Source: Minisyncoccota bacterium (GTDB lineage: Bacteria > Patescibacteriota > Minisyncoccia > Phycocordibacterales > XYD1-FULL-46-19). From it: a stretch of 64,000 bases of DNA. Position numbers and translations under genes: made by a program. Location of the stretch: positions 3,373 through 67,372 of the forward strand of contig JBAYKU010000003.1 in NCBI GenBank assembly GCA_041664425.1, in the 5' to 3' direction. Shown here in pieces: positions 9,044 to 18,866 of the stretch. Position 1 is the first letter of the stretch; each line of letters starts with the position of its first letter. The notes under the pieces were generated by a model. It saw only the letters and a list, made by a program, of their open reading frames with translations, had not been told where the DNA came from and ran no database searches.

Positions 9044-9910
9044 TTACTTTTGACAATTTGCGCAGTATTGGGTACCCCTACCGAGAAGTCTGATTTTTTG
9101 AATTGGTCGTTTGCAGACTTTGCAGGGTTGGCCAGCTCGGCCATAGACCTGGAGATGGGGGACGAAGCCACCCTGACTGCCATCGCTTCTGACGTAGTTG
9201 CGACTAGAGGTGCCGTGTTTACTGATGGAATGTTTGAGGACGGCGATAATCGCTTGGTGTAATTTTTTAGATTCAGGGCCGGTTATTTTGCCAGCGAGTC
9301 GGGTAGGTAAAATCTTGGCAATAAAACAACTTTCGTCAGCGTAGATATTGCCAATACCGGCGATGAGTTTTTGGTCGAGGAGAATTTGTTTGATTGGGCG
9401 ACGTGGATATGTGGAGAGAAGTGATTGAAAATATTTTAAAGAAAAATCTTTAGTCAGTGGTTCGGGCCCATGTTCGGCAAAAAGTTTGGCTACAGTGGCA
9501 TCATCGAGTAATTTAACCCAGCCGAATTTGCGCATGTCATTAAAGAAAAGTTTGGAGCCATCAGAGAAATCAAAAATCAGGCGGGTGAATTTGTTGGGTA
9601 AATTATCTAGTCCGCCAGGTTGAGGATGTCCACCAGAAATTATTTTTCCAGTTTTTGGTTGAAAAATCAGTTGCCCCGTCATTTTGAGATGAACGAGTAG
9701 GTCGAGCGGACCAGTCAATTTTATTCGAATCATTTTGGCGCGACGTTCAATGTCGGTAATTTTTGTATCGCTAATTTTTTTCTGGAAATCAGTAGGGGAA
9801 AGGGGAGCCACAGTTTTAGCCCATAGAATAGTGGCTTTGGTATTTTTTTTACCAACGATAACTTTGTTTAAGTCTTGTCTAATTGTCTCGACTTCGGGTA
9901 ATTCGGGCAT
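9044..9910 (-). CDS. fpg: formamidopyrimidine-DNA glycosylase (Fpg/MutM)
   Basis: N-terminal MPELPEVE, C-terminal zinc finger CKVCKRPIQK...YCANCQK. Confidence 0.85.
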   Translation of the reverse strand: MPELPEVETIRQDLNKVIVGKKNTKATILWAKTVAPLSPTDFQKKISDTKITDIERRAKMIRIKLTGPLDLLVHLKMTGQLIFQPKTGKIISGGHPQPGGLDNLPNKFTRLIFDFSDGSKLFFNDMRKFGWVKLLDDATVAKLFAEHGPEPLTKDFSLKYFQSLLSTYPRRPIKQILLDQKLIAGIGNIYADESCFIAKILPTRLAGKITGPESKKLHQAIIAVLKHSISKHGTSSRNYVRSDGSQGGFVPHLQVYGRAGQPCKVCKRPIQKIRLLGRGTQYCANCQK

Positions 9911-9966
9911 AATTAGCTTTTAGGTTATAGCTATCAGCTTTCAGAAAAAAAGCAACACTCGAAAAG

Positions 9967-11265
9967 CTAAAAGCTACCAGCTAAAAGCTTCCTAAGCTCT
10001 TCCCTCACCACTGTCGCATCGTCCCACTCCTGTCGGCTGCCATTTGGCCCCATGATATAAGGGTCAGTGCCTTTGCCGGTGATAATTACCGCCGAGCCTG
10101 GGGTAGCGAGACTGAGGGCCTTGGCAATAGCTTCGCGTCGATCGAAAATTTCTAAATGGTCTTTGGTTATACCCTTGGCGACATCACAGATAATATGATG
10201 AGGGTCTTCGTCGTAAGGGTCTTCGTTGGTGAGGATGATTACGTCGCAGTATTTGTCAGCTACTTGGCCCATTTGCGGTCGCTTCCATTGATCTCGGCCA
10301 CCGCCACAGGAACCGAGGATACAAATTTTATGTTTAACGCCCAGGGCTTCATAGGCTTGGGCGAGGGAATCGGCGGTGTGGGCGTAGTCAACAATGACTT
10401 CGAAATTTTGATGCGGATTGCCTGCCTGCGCAGGCAGGTTTATCGAAACTTTTTCCATCCGGCCCCGAATCTGGTCTAGACTTTCAATGGCTTTTTTAAT
10501 ATCGAGAGCGGATACACCAAAAACTCGAGCCATTTTGGCGGCGCCGAGGATGTTGTAGAGATTAAATTTCCCCGGTAATTTGGTGTTTATTTTTTCGCCA
10601 TCAATCGTTAAGCGTGATTCGTTCTCAGAGATTTCAAAGGGTTCGGCATCGTGGAGAGTAAAAGAAATTTGCTTGGCTGACGGAGCGCGTTGGAAAAATT
10701 TACCCGCTTCAACATCGTCGGCATTGGCGACCAGAGTTTTATTTTTCTTGGAGGATTTTTCTAGCGCGATTGCATATTCCAATTTGGCCTCGAGATATTT
10801 TTCAAAGGAACCGTGTGCTTCGATATGTTCAGGGGAGATGTTGGTAAAAATTAAACCATTAAAATCAATGAACTTATGGCGAAAAGTTTTGGCTCCTTCG
10901 GAAGTGGTTTCGAGAATAGCAAAGTCACAACCAGCCGCTACTGCTTCCCGTAAAAACTTTTGCATGAACATCCTCCCCGGCATACTCATCTTGTAGAGAT
11001 TGCGTCTGATCTTGTCGCCAATTTTAAATTGGAGGGTGGAAGTAGTGGCCACTTTGTAGCCGGCAGTTTCTAGAATCTTGGCCAATATTTCAGTGGTGCT
11101 AGTTTTACCCTTGGTGCCAGTGATGGCGATAACTTTGATTCTCCTAGAAGGGAAGCGGTAAAGAATCGCTCCGGCGAGGGCGAGTAGATAGTGATAGATG
11201 GGCTGGCCGGCGCGGTAAAGTTTTTTAGGAATTAGTTTTTCAATTGAGCGAAGGATTTTTTCCAT
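9967..11265 (-). CDS. Mur ligase family protein (MurE-like UDP-MurNAc-tripeptide synthetase)
   Basis: ATP-binding AITGTKGKTST motif, C-terminal TNEDPYDEDP (DNPR-like) region. Confidence 0.55.
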   Translation of the reverse strand: MEKILRSIEKLIPKKLYRAGQPIYHYLLALAGAILYRFPSRRIKVIAITGTKGKTSTTEILAKILETAGYKVATTSTLQFKIGDKIRRNLYKMSMPGRMFMQKFLREAVAAGCDFAILETTSEGAKTFRHKFIDFNGLIFTNISPEHIEAHGSFEKYLEAKLEYAIALEKSSKKNKTLVANADDVEAGKFFQRAPSAKQISFTLHDAEPFEISENESRLTIDGEKINTKLPGKFNLYNILGAAKMARVFGVSALDIKKAIESLDQIRGRMEKVSINLPAQAGNPHQNFEVIVDYAHTADSLAQAYEALGVKHKICILGSCGGGRDQWKRPQMGQVADKYCDVIILTNEDPYDEDPHHIICDVAKGITKDHLEIFDRREAIAKALSLATPGSAVIITGKGTDPYIMGPNGSRQEWDDATVVREELRKLLAGSF

Positions 11266-11267
11266 GA

Positions 11268-11840
11268 TTAATGATTTAAATTTTTAAGAGCAAATTTTAT
11301 TTTTTCTCCCGTATCAGTGATTTCGGCTGGAATTTTCTTGAGAGTGTCACGAATATCACGTTCGACATAGCCCATAGCTTGGAGGGCGAGGATGGTATCA
11401 GTATCCTGGCGAATATCGCTAATCTCGGTGTGACTTTCCAGATGTTCAACTTTATCTTTTAGCTCAAGGACAATTTTTTCGGCGAGTTTGCGACCAATAC
11501 CAGAAACTTTAATTAGATAGTCAGTGTTGTTCCCGCTAATCGCTTGGATCAAAGTGTTTGGGGTGGCCAGGGTGAGAACAGATAGGGCGCTTTTTGGTCC
11601 GACCCCCGAGACACCCAATAAAAGCTCAAAGAAGCCCAGCTCTTCTTTGGTGGCAAAACCATATAAGTCCAAAGCATCTTCACGGACGACGAGGTGTGTT
11701 TGCATGACCGCTTCTTGGTTTTTGATCAAATTATGTTTGGTCTCAGGAGTGGTAAAAACCTTATAGCCAACACCGCCGACATCAAAAATGATGAATTTTT
11801 CTCCCGAATCACTCAATTTTCCTCGCAATTGTCCAATCAT
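11268..11840 (-). CDS. ruvA: Holliday junction DNA helicase subunit RuvA
   Basis: MIGQLRGKL...GGVGYKV start typical of RuvA, HhH motifs GVSGVGPKSAL. Confidence 0.85.
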   Translation of the reverse strand: MIGQLRGKLSDSGEKFIIFDVGGVGYKVFTTPETKHNLIKNQEAVMQTHLVVREDALDLYGFATKEELGFFELLLGVSGVGPKSALSVLTLATPNTLIQAISGNNTDYLIKVSGIGRKLAEKIVLELKDKVEHLESHTEISDIRQDTDTILALQAMGYVERDIRDTLKKIPAEITDTGEKIKFALKNLNH

Positions 11841-11924
11841 AACCTAATCATACCTTATAAATGTCTTCTGTAAAAACGTCACCCAACCCTTGCTTTTTTG
11901 ATTAATCTGGGTTATCTTATCGTC

Positions 11925-12188
11925 ATGCCTATAATCAAATCAGCTAAAAAAGCCCTCCGCAGCTCTACTAAAAAGCGCGTCTTCAATGATCGTCGCCGTA
12001 AGGCTATGCGCGAAGCTGTCAAAGATATTAAAAAATTAGTTTTGGCCAAGACTCCAGCCGAAGCCCAAAAGAAGCTCAGTGATGCTTACCAAGCCATCGA
12101 CAAGGCTGCCAAGCGGGGAGTGATCAAGAAAAATGCCGCCAACCGCAAGAAATCTCGATTAGTTAAAATGATTAAGAAAGCCTCTTAA
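11925..12188 (+). CDS. rpsT: 30S ribosomal protein S20
   Basis: MPIIKSAKKALRSSTKKRVFNDRRRKAM; start moved to an internal ATG. Confidence 0.8.
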   Translation: MPIIKSAKKALRSSTKKRVFNDRRRKAMREAVKDIKKLVLAKTPAEAQKKLSDAYQAIDKAAKRGVIKKNAANRKKSRLVKMIKKAS

Positions 12189-12227
12189 AAACAAAAACAA
12201 AAAAACCGCCCTTGGGCGGTTTTTTTT

Positions 12228-12345
12228 GGTGCTCCTTGCAGGAATCTTCCGCGACTCAAAACTCGCCGTCGCTTGTTTTGGTCGTGTCCGCAGCTCGCGA
12301 TTCGGCCTGCTGGCCTAATAACGCTCCGCTTTTCGATTCCTAGTG
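12228..12345 (-). pseudogene. degenerate tRNA-derived fragments: a diverged copy of the 3' two-thirds of the adjacent tRNA-Arg (incl. ...GGAAGATTCCTGCAAGGAGCACCA with encoded CCA) plus an opposite-orientation T-arm-like piece (TTTTCGATTCCTAG)
   Basis: direct comparison with the tRNA at 12407-12478; both copies are preceded by similar hairpin+T-run terminators. Confidence 0.45.
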
Positions 12346-12406
12346 TAAGTAAAATTATTTACTTACTCCGGGAACAAAAAAAACGGCCAAAGCCGTCTTT
12401 TTTTTG

Positions 12407-12478
12407 TGCTCCCGGTAGGAATCGAACCTACATTACAAGCTCCGCAAGCTAGCGTTCTATCCATTAAACTACGGGAGC
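12407..12478 (-). tRNA. tRNA-Arg, anticodon apparently GCG (unusual; the scaffold is near-identical to the tRNA-Arg(TCT) at 22465-22536)
   Basis: GCTCCCG TA GTTT AATGGATA GAAC G CTAGC TTGCGGA GCTTG TAAT GTAGG TTCGATT CCTAC CGGGAGC A; anticodon stem has one T-T mismatch. Confidence 0.6.
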
Positions 12479-12508
12479 AATTACGCTCTGTACCCTAACA
12501 CATTATTT

Positions 12509-13021
12509 CTAAAAACCAAAATATTCGCTGACCTTATCTATAGCTGTTTCCTTTGGTTTTAATTCTGGTAGAAATTTAGCCAAAGTTCTTTGGACTTCCG
12601 CTGGGTCAATTTCATAAAAATAAATATGAATATATGGAAAAATCAGCCGGCCGGAATGGAGAATTAAAACATCAATATCTTTATTGTCTTCTACCCAAAA
12701 AGATTTAACTGATTCGTAAGAATAAAAATTATTACCTACTAAAATTCCTTTATCAGAAATTTCTATTTCTGGCCAATTGGGTTCGCGTTTTTCTAGAGTA
12801 ATAATTGAATAGGCTCCAAGTAAAACAATCAGTGCAAAAAGAAAATTTTTAAAAATAATAGCCAGAATTATTACAATAAAAGCCAAAATGCCTACCATCC
12901 AAGACCAGTCTGGGTGACGTTTCGTCTGGTTATATTCGGGCGCTTGCCAACGGAGAAATATTTGTTTTTTAGGATTAGCCGGCATTGCTATGATTATATC
13001 AGTTTGTGGTTTAGCCCCCAA
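12509..13021 (-). CDS. hypothetical membrane protein (two TM helices + C-terminal soluble domain)
   Basis: ORF with hydrophobic stretch ILAFIVIILAIIFKNFLFALIVLLGAY. Confidence 0.4.
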   Translation of the reverse strand: MGAKPQTDIIIAMPANPKKQIFLRWQAPEYNQTKRHPDWSWMVGILAFIVIILAIIFKNFLFALIVLLGAYSIITLEKREPNWPEIEISDKGILVGNNFYSYESVKSFWVEDNKDIDVLILHSGRLIFPYIHIYFYEIDPAEVQRTLAKFLPELKPKETAIDKVSEYFGF

Positions 13022-13120
13022 ATTAATTTATGCACTTCTTATGCACCCTTTTGCTTTTTGACAGCTTGTTGACCTAATAAAAGAGAGTACCATCGTTAGT
13101 AATTAATGACCTCGAGGCCT

Positions 13121-13726
13121 ATGGAGTTCGACACAGACAAAAATCTAGTCGAAAAAGCCAAGGCTGACCGCAAAGCCTTTGCTTTGCTTTACCAAAAATA
13201 TTCAGAGAAAATTTTTAATTATTTTTGGTATCGTCTTAATCACGACACCGAGGTAGCTCAAGATTTAATGCAAGATGTTTTTTTGCGTGCCTTTAATAGC
13301 CTACATGCTTTTAAGGAAGAGAGTTATTCTTATCTAACTTATTTATTAAAAATTTCTCATAATCTTTTAGTAGACTATTATAAAAAACCCAAAAATGTTT
13401 CTCTAGAGAGTTTGGAGGTTGATATACCAGAAGATGTTCCAGAGGAGGTGATTTTACACCTGGAAGATGAACAGAAAGAAAAGGCTAAAAGTCTGTGGCG
13501 AGATGTTCAGAACTTGCCACTACACGATAGAGATGTTCTGCTTTTGCATTATCGAAAGAATCTTAAGATATCTGAGATTGCTAAAATTAAGGGTCGATCA
13601 GAAAATGCTATAAAGTTAGCCCTTTCTCGAGCCAGAAAAAAATTAAAAGTTTTGCACGATTTAGAGAATCTACCTCATTTTGGTAATAAAAAACTAAGCC
13701 CGACAAAGAGAAAATTTATTTTTTGA
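13121..13726 (+). CDS. RNA polymerase sigma-70 family (ECF-type) sigma factor
   Basis: region 2 (DLMQDVFLRAF) and region 4 HTH (LKISEIAKIKGRSENAIKLALSRARKKL). Confidence 0.75.
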   Translation: MEFDTDKNLVEKAKADRKAFALLYQKYSEKIFNYFWYRLNHDTEVAQDLMQDVFLRAFNSLHAFKEESYSYLTYLLKISHNLLVDYYKKPKNVSLESLEVDIPEDVPEEVILHLEDEQKEKAKSLWRDVQNLPLHDRDVLLLHYRKNLKISEIAKIKGRSENAIKLALSRARKKLKVLHDLENLPHFGNKKLSPTKRKFIF

Positions 13727-13987
13727 ACAGTTATGACACCTTTGTTTTTCTTGTTCGTTATAGAGGTTGTCAGGAGTGATGGCGCTCCACTACAACTAAA
13801 TAGCTTTGCGCAGACTTTGGCTTACTATATGTAGCAAAAGTAATATGGATAGATGGGTATCTATCTTGCCCAGGGGCAACAAAGATCAGTCGCTTCTGGT
13901 GGTGTGGGGGCCACATAAGGCATGGGGGGTATGTTCCTTTCACCAAAAAAGCGCCCTGAAGAGGGGCGCTTTTTGGACGGTGTTTTT

Positions 13988-15388
13988 TTAAAATTTATTC
14001 TGTTCTTCCTTGCCCTTTTTTAGACCCAATATTTCTCCTAGGGGGTAGAGATGAGAGCTAATTGTTTCGCCAATAGCTAATTCTTTAAAATAGAGAAGGG
14101 GGTTTTCTTTGGTAGGATATTTATCGGAGAGAACCTCTTTGATTGATGGGAGGATTAAAGAAACAAAAACCGATCTAACTATCGCCGATAAAATAAAAGC
14201 CAAAAAAAGGATATTGAAGCTTTTAAAATCAATATATTTTACGATCAATCCTCCCAGTCCAGCCCCAAGAAAAACCCCGAGACCACTGAGAACATTTTGG
14301 TAGGCAACACAGATAGCTCGGCGTTCTGGGGTGACCGAATCGTAGATAAAATTGCTGGCAGCCAGAGAGAAAGCGGCCCACCCAACACCGGTGACTAATT
14401 GTGGAACAAAAATTAAGTAAAAGGGGTTGGCAGAAAATAGCCAGAGAACTGAGGCTGGGATGATGATGAGACTGCCAATTTTTAATAATTCGCGATTACC
14501 GTAGCGATCGGCAAACTTACCCCACATCGGCATAAACAGGAGAGTAAATAAACTACCAGAGATGCTAATGATGGTATACCAGATTGGGTTGAGGGCGAGA
14601 TCGCGCCACATATAAATAGCAAAGAACGGCCCAGAGATATTCATGGCTAGATTGATGGCGGCAACATAGATAGCAAAACGGCCGAAATTATTTGATGGTG
14701 CTTTGCGAATAAATTGCCAGAGAGAGAAAAAATAGTTTTCTGGCAAACTCATTTTTTCTTCATGATGTTTACTTAAAAAGAAGGCTGAAAAATAGCGGGC
14801 GATACCAGCAATAATAAACAGAGAAATAAAAGCTAGAATCAGCCACTGATTTTCCTTGGCATAAAAAAGTAGGAGGGAAGCGAGGAGGGTGGCAGAAATG
14901 TTAACCGCAATATTTATTTTGTTGCGATTAGAAAAATAAGCGCCACGAATATTTTCTGGCACGGCATCGCCGAGGAGAGAAAACCAAGCTGGTCCGCCGA
15001 GTGACCCGGCCAGGGCATAAATAATATAGGCTAAAATCAGTAGGGGGATTAAAAGATAACTTTGGCCGTAAAAATAAAACCACCCACCCAGTGAGGCAAA
15101 GATGAACCACACGGAAGCGTGCAAAATGACCGAGGTGACGACAATCGACCGGCGAGAAAATTTTTCAATTAGACGACTACCACCGAGCTGAGCAATGGGG
15201 CCAATAAGACTGGCGAGGCCAGAGAGGAGGCTGATTTGAAAATTGGAAGCTTTTAGTTCGAGGGCAAAAGGGGTGATATAAGACTCGCCAGCTCCACCGG
15301 TGATCGAAGCCGCCATCCCTTCCTTGATTGAAAGTTTTCTGGTGCGAGCGTATTTTTGGTCGAGAGTGAGATTATTTTGTTCAGACAT
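13988..15388 (-). CDS. MFS transporter
   Basis: 12 predicted TM segments, MFS-like loop motifs. Confidence 0.7.
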   Translation of the reverse strand: MSEQNNLTLDQKYARTRKLSIKEGMAASITGGAGESYITPFALELKASNFQISLLSGLASLIGPIAQLGGSRLIEKFSRRSIVVTSVILHASVWFIFASLGGWFYFYGQSYLLIPLLILAYIIYALAGSLGGPAWFSLLGDAVPENIRGAYFSNRNKINIAVNISATLLASLLLFYAKENQWLILAFISLFIIAGIARYFSAFFLSKHHEEKMSLPENYFFSLWQFIRKAPSNNFGRFAIYVAAINLAMNISGPFFAIYMWRDLALNPIWYTIISISGSLFTLLFMPMWGKFADRYGNRELLKIGSLIIIPASVLWLFSANPFYLIFVPQLVTGVGWAAFSLAASNFIYDSVTPERRAICVAYQNVLSGLGVFLGAGLGGLIVKYIDFKSFNILFLAFILSAIVRSVFVSLILPSIKEVLSDKYPTKENPLLYFKELAIGETISSHLYPLGEILGLKKGKEEQNKF

Positions 15389-15536
15389 TAGTTTAATCCT
15401 AACAGAAAATTGTCAGGGTGATAAATGTTAATTTGTTGATTTTAGGCTGTTTTTTGGCTAGGATGAGGGTTGGTGTGAAAACAGAGGTTAAATCATCCTT
15501 TTGTACTTTTAATTCCCAAACTTTTTACTCGGCACA

Positions 15537-15625
15537 CCCTTTTTAGGGTACGGATTTTTCGAAGCTTAAAAAATCCTGAAGTTTTCGCGCCGGTCGCGCT
15601 CCAAACCCCCTAAAAAGGGTGAGCC
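15537..15625. mobile_element. MITE-like element copy 2 (inverted relative to copy 1; shares the TIR GAAAAATCCGTACCCTAAAAAGGG / CCCCCTAAAAAGGG and the AGGATTTTTTAAG motif, and carries an internal GC hairpin)
   Basis: reverse-complement alignment to 7513-7685. Confidence 0.45.
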
Positions 15626-15682
15626 TTCGACAAGTTTTGAAATTAAAATAATGATTGTATGATTTCCAGATAATTTTCACTG

Positions 15683-15772
15683 GGAGAGATGTCCGAGAGG
15701 TTTAAGGAGACGGTCTTGAAAACCGTTAGGCTCGAAAGGGTCTCGTGGGTTCGAATCCCACTCTCTCCGCCA
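15683..15772 (+). tRNA. tRNA-Ser (anticodon TGA), long variable arm, CCA encoded
   Basis: GGAGAGA...anticodon loop CTTGAAA...variable arm...GGTTCGAATCC...TCTCTCCGCCA. Confidence 0.85.
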
Positions 15773-15817
15773 GATTACCAAGTTTGAACAGGAGTATAAT
15801 AAGGGTTCTTTGGTAAA

Positions 15818-16666
15818 ATGAAGATCATGTCAAAATTATTAACCAAAAAAGAAGCTGTTAAATTTCTTGGTCTCGATGACAAGACTTTTGATAACTACTT
15901 CAAAAGTGCGGCTGAATTTCCATGCGTCGATAGAAACGGTGGCAGAGGCCGCTTTTACTTTGAGGAAGACGTGTTGCGAAAATGGAAGGACAATTTGGCA
16001 TGGAGAACTGTTGATCTAAATAAAGAGGACTATGCCTTGTGTTTAGATTTTGCACTCGCACAACACTTTCGCAACTATGTGCAATCAGATTTTGGTACTG
16101 GGCGACAAAGGGAGTTTGGACAAAAAATAACAAATTGGGTCAAAGGACAGCTTGGAGAAGTTGCCGTAAAGAAATTTCTGAAAAGAGAGTTTAATGTAGA
16201 TGTTGAACTTGATTTTAATATTCGCGATAAAATTGTTTTGCAAGATATTACGGCTGTTAAGGAAAATGGAAAAATGAGAACGCCCAAAATTGGCATTGGT
16301 ATAAAGTCGTCTAAACCTAAAAGTGCTTTTTTGGTACTCGGAGAAAATGAAATAAAAATAAAAGAACGCAGATCAGATATTTATATCTACTGTCGCCCAG
16401 ATATTCCCGATGACCATCTTTTAAGACTCACAAAAGAGGAAGTGAATGAAGTTGTAAAAGATAAACCTCATTATTCAAAATATAAAGATTTAATGCCCGA
16501 CTTTATAAACATACCCTGTGAGGTTGTTGGTTGGTGTCGTTACACTGACTTAAGAGAAACAAAATCAATCCCCGGACAAGAATTTGACGGCGTCCGATTT
16601 GTTAAAGAGTCGGGTCTCTTGAGAAAATCGAAGAAAGATTGGGAAGAGCTTATAAGGCAACTGTAG
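15818..16666 (+). CDS. putative type II restriction endonuclease (PD-(D/E)XK-like) with N-terminal HTH, partner of the adjacent C5-MTase
   Basis: convergent, 3'-overlapping with the methyltransferase gene; VDVELD...IGIKSSK candidate catalytic motif; N-terminal LLTKKEAVKFLGLDDKTFDNY HTH-like segment. Confidence 0.4.
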   Translation: MKIMSKLLTKKEAVKFLGLDDKTFDNYFKSAAEFPCVDRNGGRGRFYFEEDVLRKWKDNLAWRTVDLNKEDYALCLDFALAQHFRNYVQSDFGTGRQREFGQKITNWVKGQLGEVAVKKFLKREFNVDVELDFNIRDKIVLQDITAVKENGKMRTPKIGIGIKSSKPKSAFLVLGENEIKIKERRSDIYIYCRPDIPDDHLLRLTKEEVNEVVKDKPHYSKYKDLMPDFINIPCEVVGWCRYTDLRETKSIPGQEFDGVRFVKESGLLRKSKKDWEELIRQL

Positions 16667-17795
16667 CTCCAGCTTCTACTTTATCGAACAGGCTCGCTAT
16701 CTCTTGTGCGTTGGCTTCTCCATTGGTTATTTTTGAGTCAACAAACTCATAAGGTATTCCTGCAAAAGTTTTTAGCACGGCAGAAATGACTGCCTGTGCT
16801 CCAACAGGGGGTACAGCCATTCCGATTTGTTTTCTTGCGCTTTCCTTTGAGCCCTCAAATATAAAGTTGTCGGGAAAAGATTGTAGTCGTGCTCTTTCTC
16901 GGTTTGTAAGAGCGCGATGTTCTGACCAGTGGTAAACATGCGTTCCACCCCCTCCGCTTCCGGTGATCGTATAGGAGGGTTTTTTAGGGTCTAATCTTTT
17001 ATAAATCTGGCTCATGCGAGCACCTTTCACATTCAATCTTAAATGCTGTGGAATTCCCTCGTACCAAGCATTTTCTCCCGCAGGGATATGTTTTAGTCGC
17101 TCAACAACGCCCGCAGATTGCTTGGTAAGTTCGTGATTTTGTGCGCCATCTGGTATTCGTGGGTTTTCTATTGCTTCGCGCGCACTTACATAATTATATT
17201 TTGTAGTTGGGGCAGGAACTCTAAACTTCAAGCCTAAATCTTTTCTTATACCGATGATAACAATTCGGTGTCTTTGTTGTGGTACTCCATATTCTTCAAA
17301 CTTATACAAGTGAGGGGTGAGAATATATCCCTTACCTGCCTCGCCCAAGTCTTTCAAAATTTGTTTAAAAGCGTTTCCACCATTTGCACTCTGTAAACCG
17401 CTAACATTTTCTGCAATGAACCATTTTGGATTATGTGTATTTATAGCCCTGACCCCATGAGAGTAGAGGGGGCCAAATTTTCCATCAAATCCTTTTTGTT
17501 CCCCAACAACACTAAAGTCATTACAAGGGAATCCGAAAGCAAGCACATCAAATTTTGGTACCTTTTTAAAGTCTACTTCTTGAACAGGGGCACAAACGAC
17601 ATTTTCCTCGCTTCCATTATGAATATTACGAGCATATGTTTTGCAGGTATCGACGTCGTAATCATTTGCCCAAACAGGTTCAATACCATAGGTAGTGTCT
17701 TTGTTTTCAGCAAAGGATCCGATTGCACCGAGAGCAAGCCCACCGGGACCGGAAAATAGTTCTGCTAACTTAAATTTTATTTCTTTTTTTTTCAT
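16650..17795 (-). CDS. DNA (cytosine-5)-methyltransferase
   Basis: motif I FSGPGGLALGA, motif IV GFPCNDFS, ENV motif. Confidence 0.85.
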   Translation of the reverse strand: MKKKEIKFKLAELFSGPGGLALGAIGSFAENKDTTYGIEPVWANDYDVDTCKTYARNIHNGSEENVVCAPVQEVDFKKVPKFDVLAFGFPCNDFSVVGEQKGFDGKFGPLYSHGVRAINTHNPKWFIAENVSGLQSANGGNAFKQILKDLGEAGKGYILTPHLYKFEEYGVPQQRHRIVIIGIRKDLGLKFRVPAPTTKYNYVSAREAIENPRIPDGAQNHELTKQSAGVVERLKHIPAGENAWYEGIPQHLRLNVKGARMSQIYKRLDPKKPSYTITGSGGGGTHVYHWSEHRALTNRERARLQSFPDNFIFEGSKESARKQIGMAVPPVGAQAVISAVLKTFAGIPYEFVDSKITNGEANAQEIASLFDKVEAGATVAL

Positions 17796-17821
17796 AAAAT
17801 CTATAATTCTATTTTAGCATG

Positions 17822-18454
17822 TTATTGCCCGATGTTCTTTATAATCTCAACAACCTTGCCACTAATTTTAAAATCATCGTTTTCGTGAATGAAGATTGGT
17901 GAGTATTCCCGTGTTGATTCTGATAAAAGAGCAATTCTAGAATGGTTTTTATCTAAACGATATTTTTTTATATTAGCCATACCATCAATAACCGATACAA
18001 TATAATCGCCATCACGTGGTGATGTATTTTCGCTATCTACAATAACAAAATCTCCACTCTCTACATTTTTGCCACCAATGTTTGCTTTATTAAGGGAGTT
18101 TCCCTCCGCTCTTAAAGCAAAAACACTTTTTTTGTTTGGAGCAAGTCGTTTGGATATTTTTAAGTATCCCTCAATATTTTTATCAGCGTAAATGGTCGCC
18201 GGGCCACAATTAGCGGCACCGACTATTGGAATTGAAACAAAAATATCTCCAGCCTTTGCTTTGTTGCTAATTCTGCTAATTTTTTTATTTTTTCTATCAA
18301 TCAAAATAAAACCCTTTCGTTCCAGTTGGGAAAGGTGGTGTTTAACTTTTTGGGGGAGTTTTTCTCCTATCAATTCGCCGACTTGGCGTAGCGTAAGACC
18401 ACCCACATTTTTATCATCGATCACTTTGAGTAGTTTTTCTTGTATTGTGTGCAT
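17822..18454 (-). CDS. LexA-like repressor (winged-helix + S24 peptidase domain; Cys-Gly cleavage site, Ser/Lys dyad)
   Basis: LRAEGNSL...GDFVIVD...DGDYIVSVID...NIKKY S24 signature; N-terminal HTH. Confidence 0.75.
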   Translation of the reverse strand: MHTIQEKLLKVIDDKNVGGLTLRQVGELIGEKLPQKVKHHLSQLERKGFILIDRKNKKISRISNKAKAGDIFVSIPIVGAANCGPATIYADKNIEGYLKISKRLAPNKKSVFALRAEGNSLNKANIGGKNVESGDFVIVDSENTSPRDGDYIVSVIDGMANIKKYRLDKNHSRIALLSESTREYSPIFIHENDDFKISGKVVEIIKNIGQ

Positions 18455-18634
18455 ATTGGTATTATAGTGCAGGTGTCAAAGATATGCAAAAAGTTATCCA
18501 CAAGCAATTAACATATGACAGAGTTGACAGTAAGGGCTGGTGCCGCTTAAAATAGAGGTATCCTGATGGTCTCAAACCATTGAAGTCGACAGGAAAGAAA
18601 CTATTATCAATTAAAGCAGTCGATCTGAACAATT

Positions 18635-18862
18635 ATGAGAAAAGTAATATACGTTCTCTCTCATGGTACAAAATGGAAAGTGAAGTGTGATCACTGTGAT
18701 TCTGAAGTAAAAGATACACAAGTTGAAGCAATCAAAGTTGCCAAGCGACATGTAGCAGGATTGCCAGCGGGCACACTCTCTCAGATTCTGATACAACGAG
18801 ATAATGGTCAGTTTAGGGCAGAGTGGACTTACGGAGAGGATCCGTTTCCACCCGAAGGATAA
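18635..18862 (+). CDS. DUF2188-like small protein
   Basis: HGTKWKVK...DTQVEAIKVAKRH...YGEDPFPPEG resembles the DUF2188 family (recalled, not searched). Confidence 0.4.
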   Translation: MRKVIYVLSHGTKWKVKCDHCDSEVKDTQVEAIKVAKRHVAGLPAGTLSQILIQRDNGQFRAEWTYGEDPFPPEG

Positions 18863-18866
18863 AATT

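Noticed and set aside
12228-12478. tmRNA (ssrA) spanning the two tRNA-like pieces
   Set aside because: I found no tag-peptide reading frame or pseudoknot region, and the 12407-12478 unit is a complete canonical tRNA on its own.
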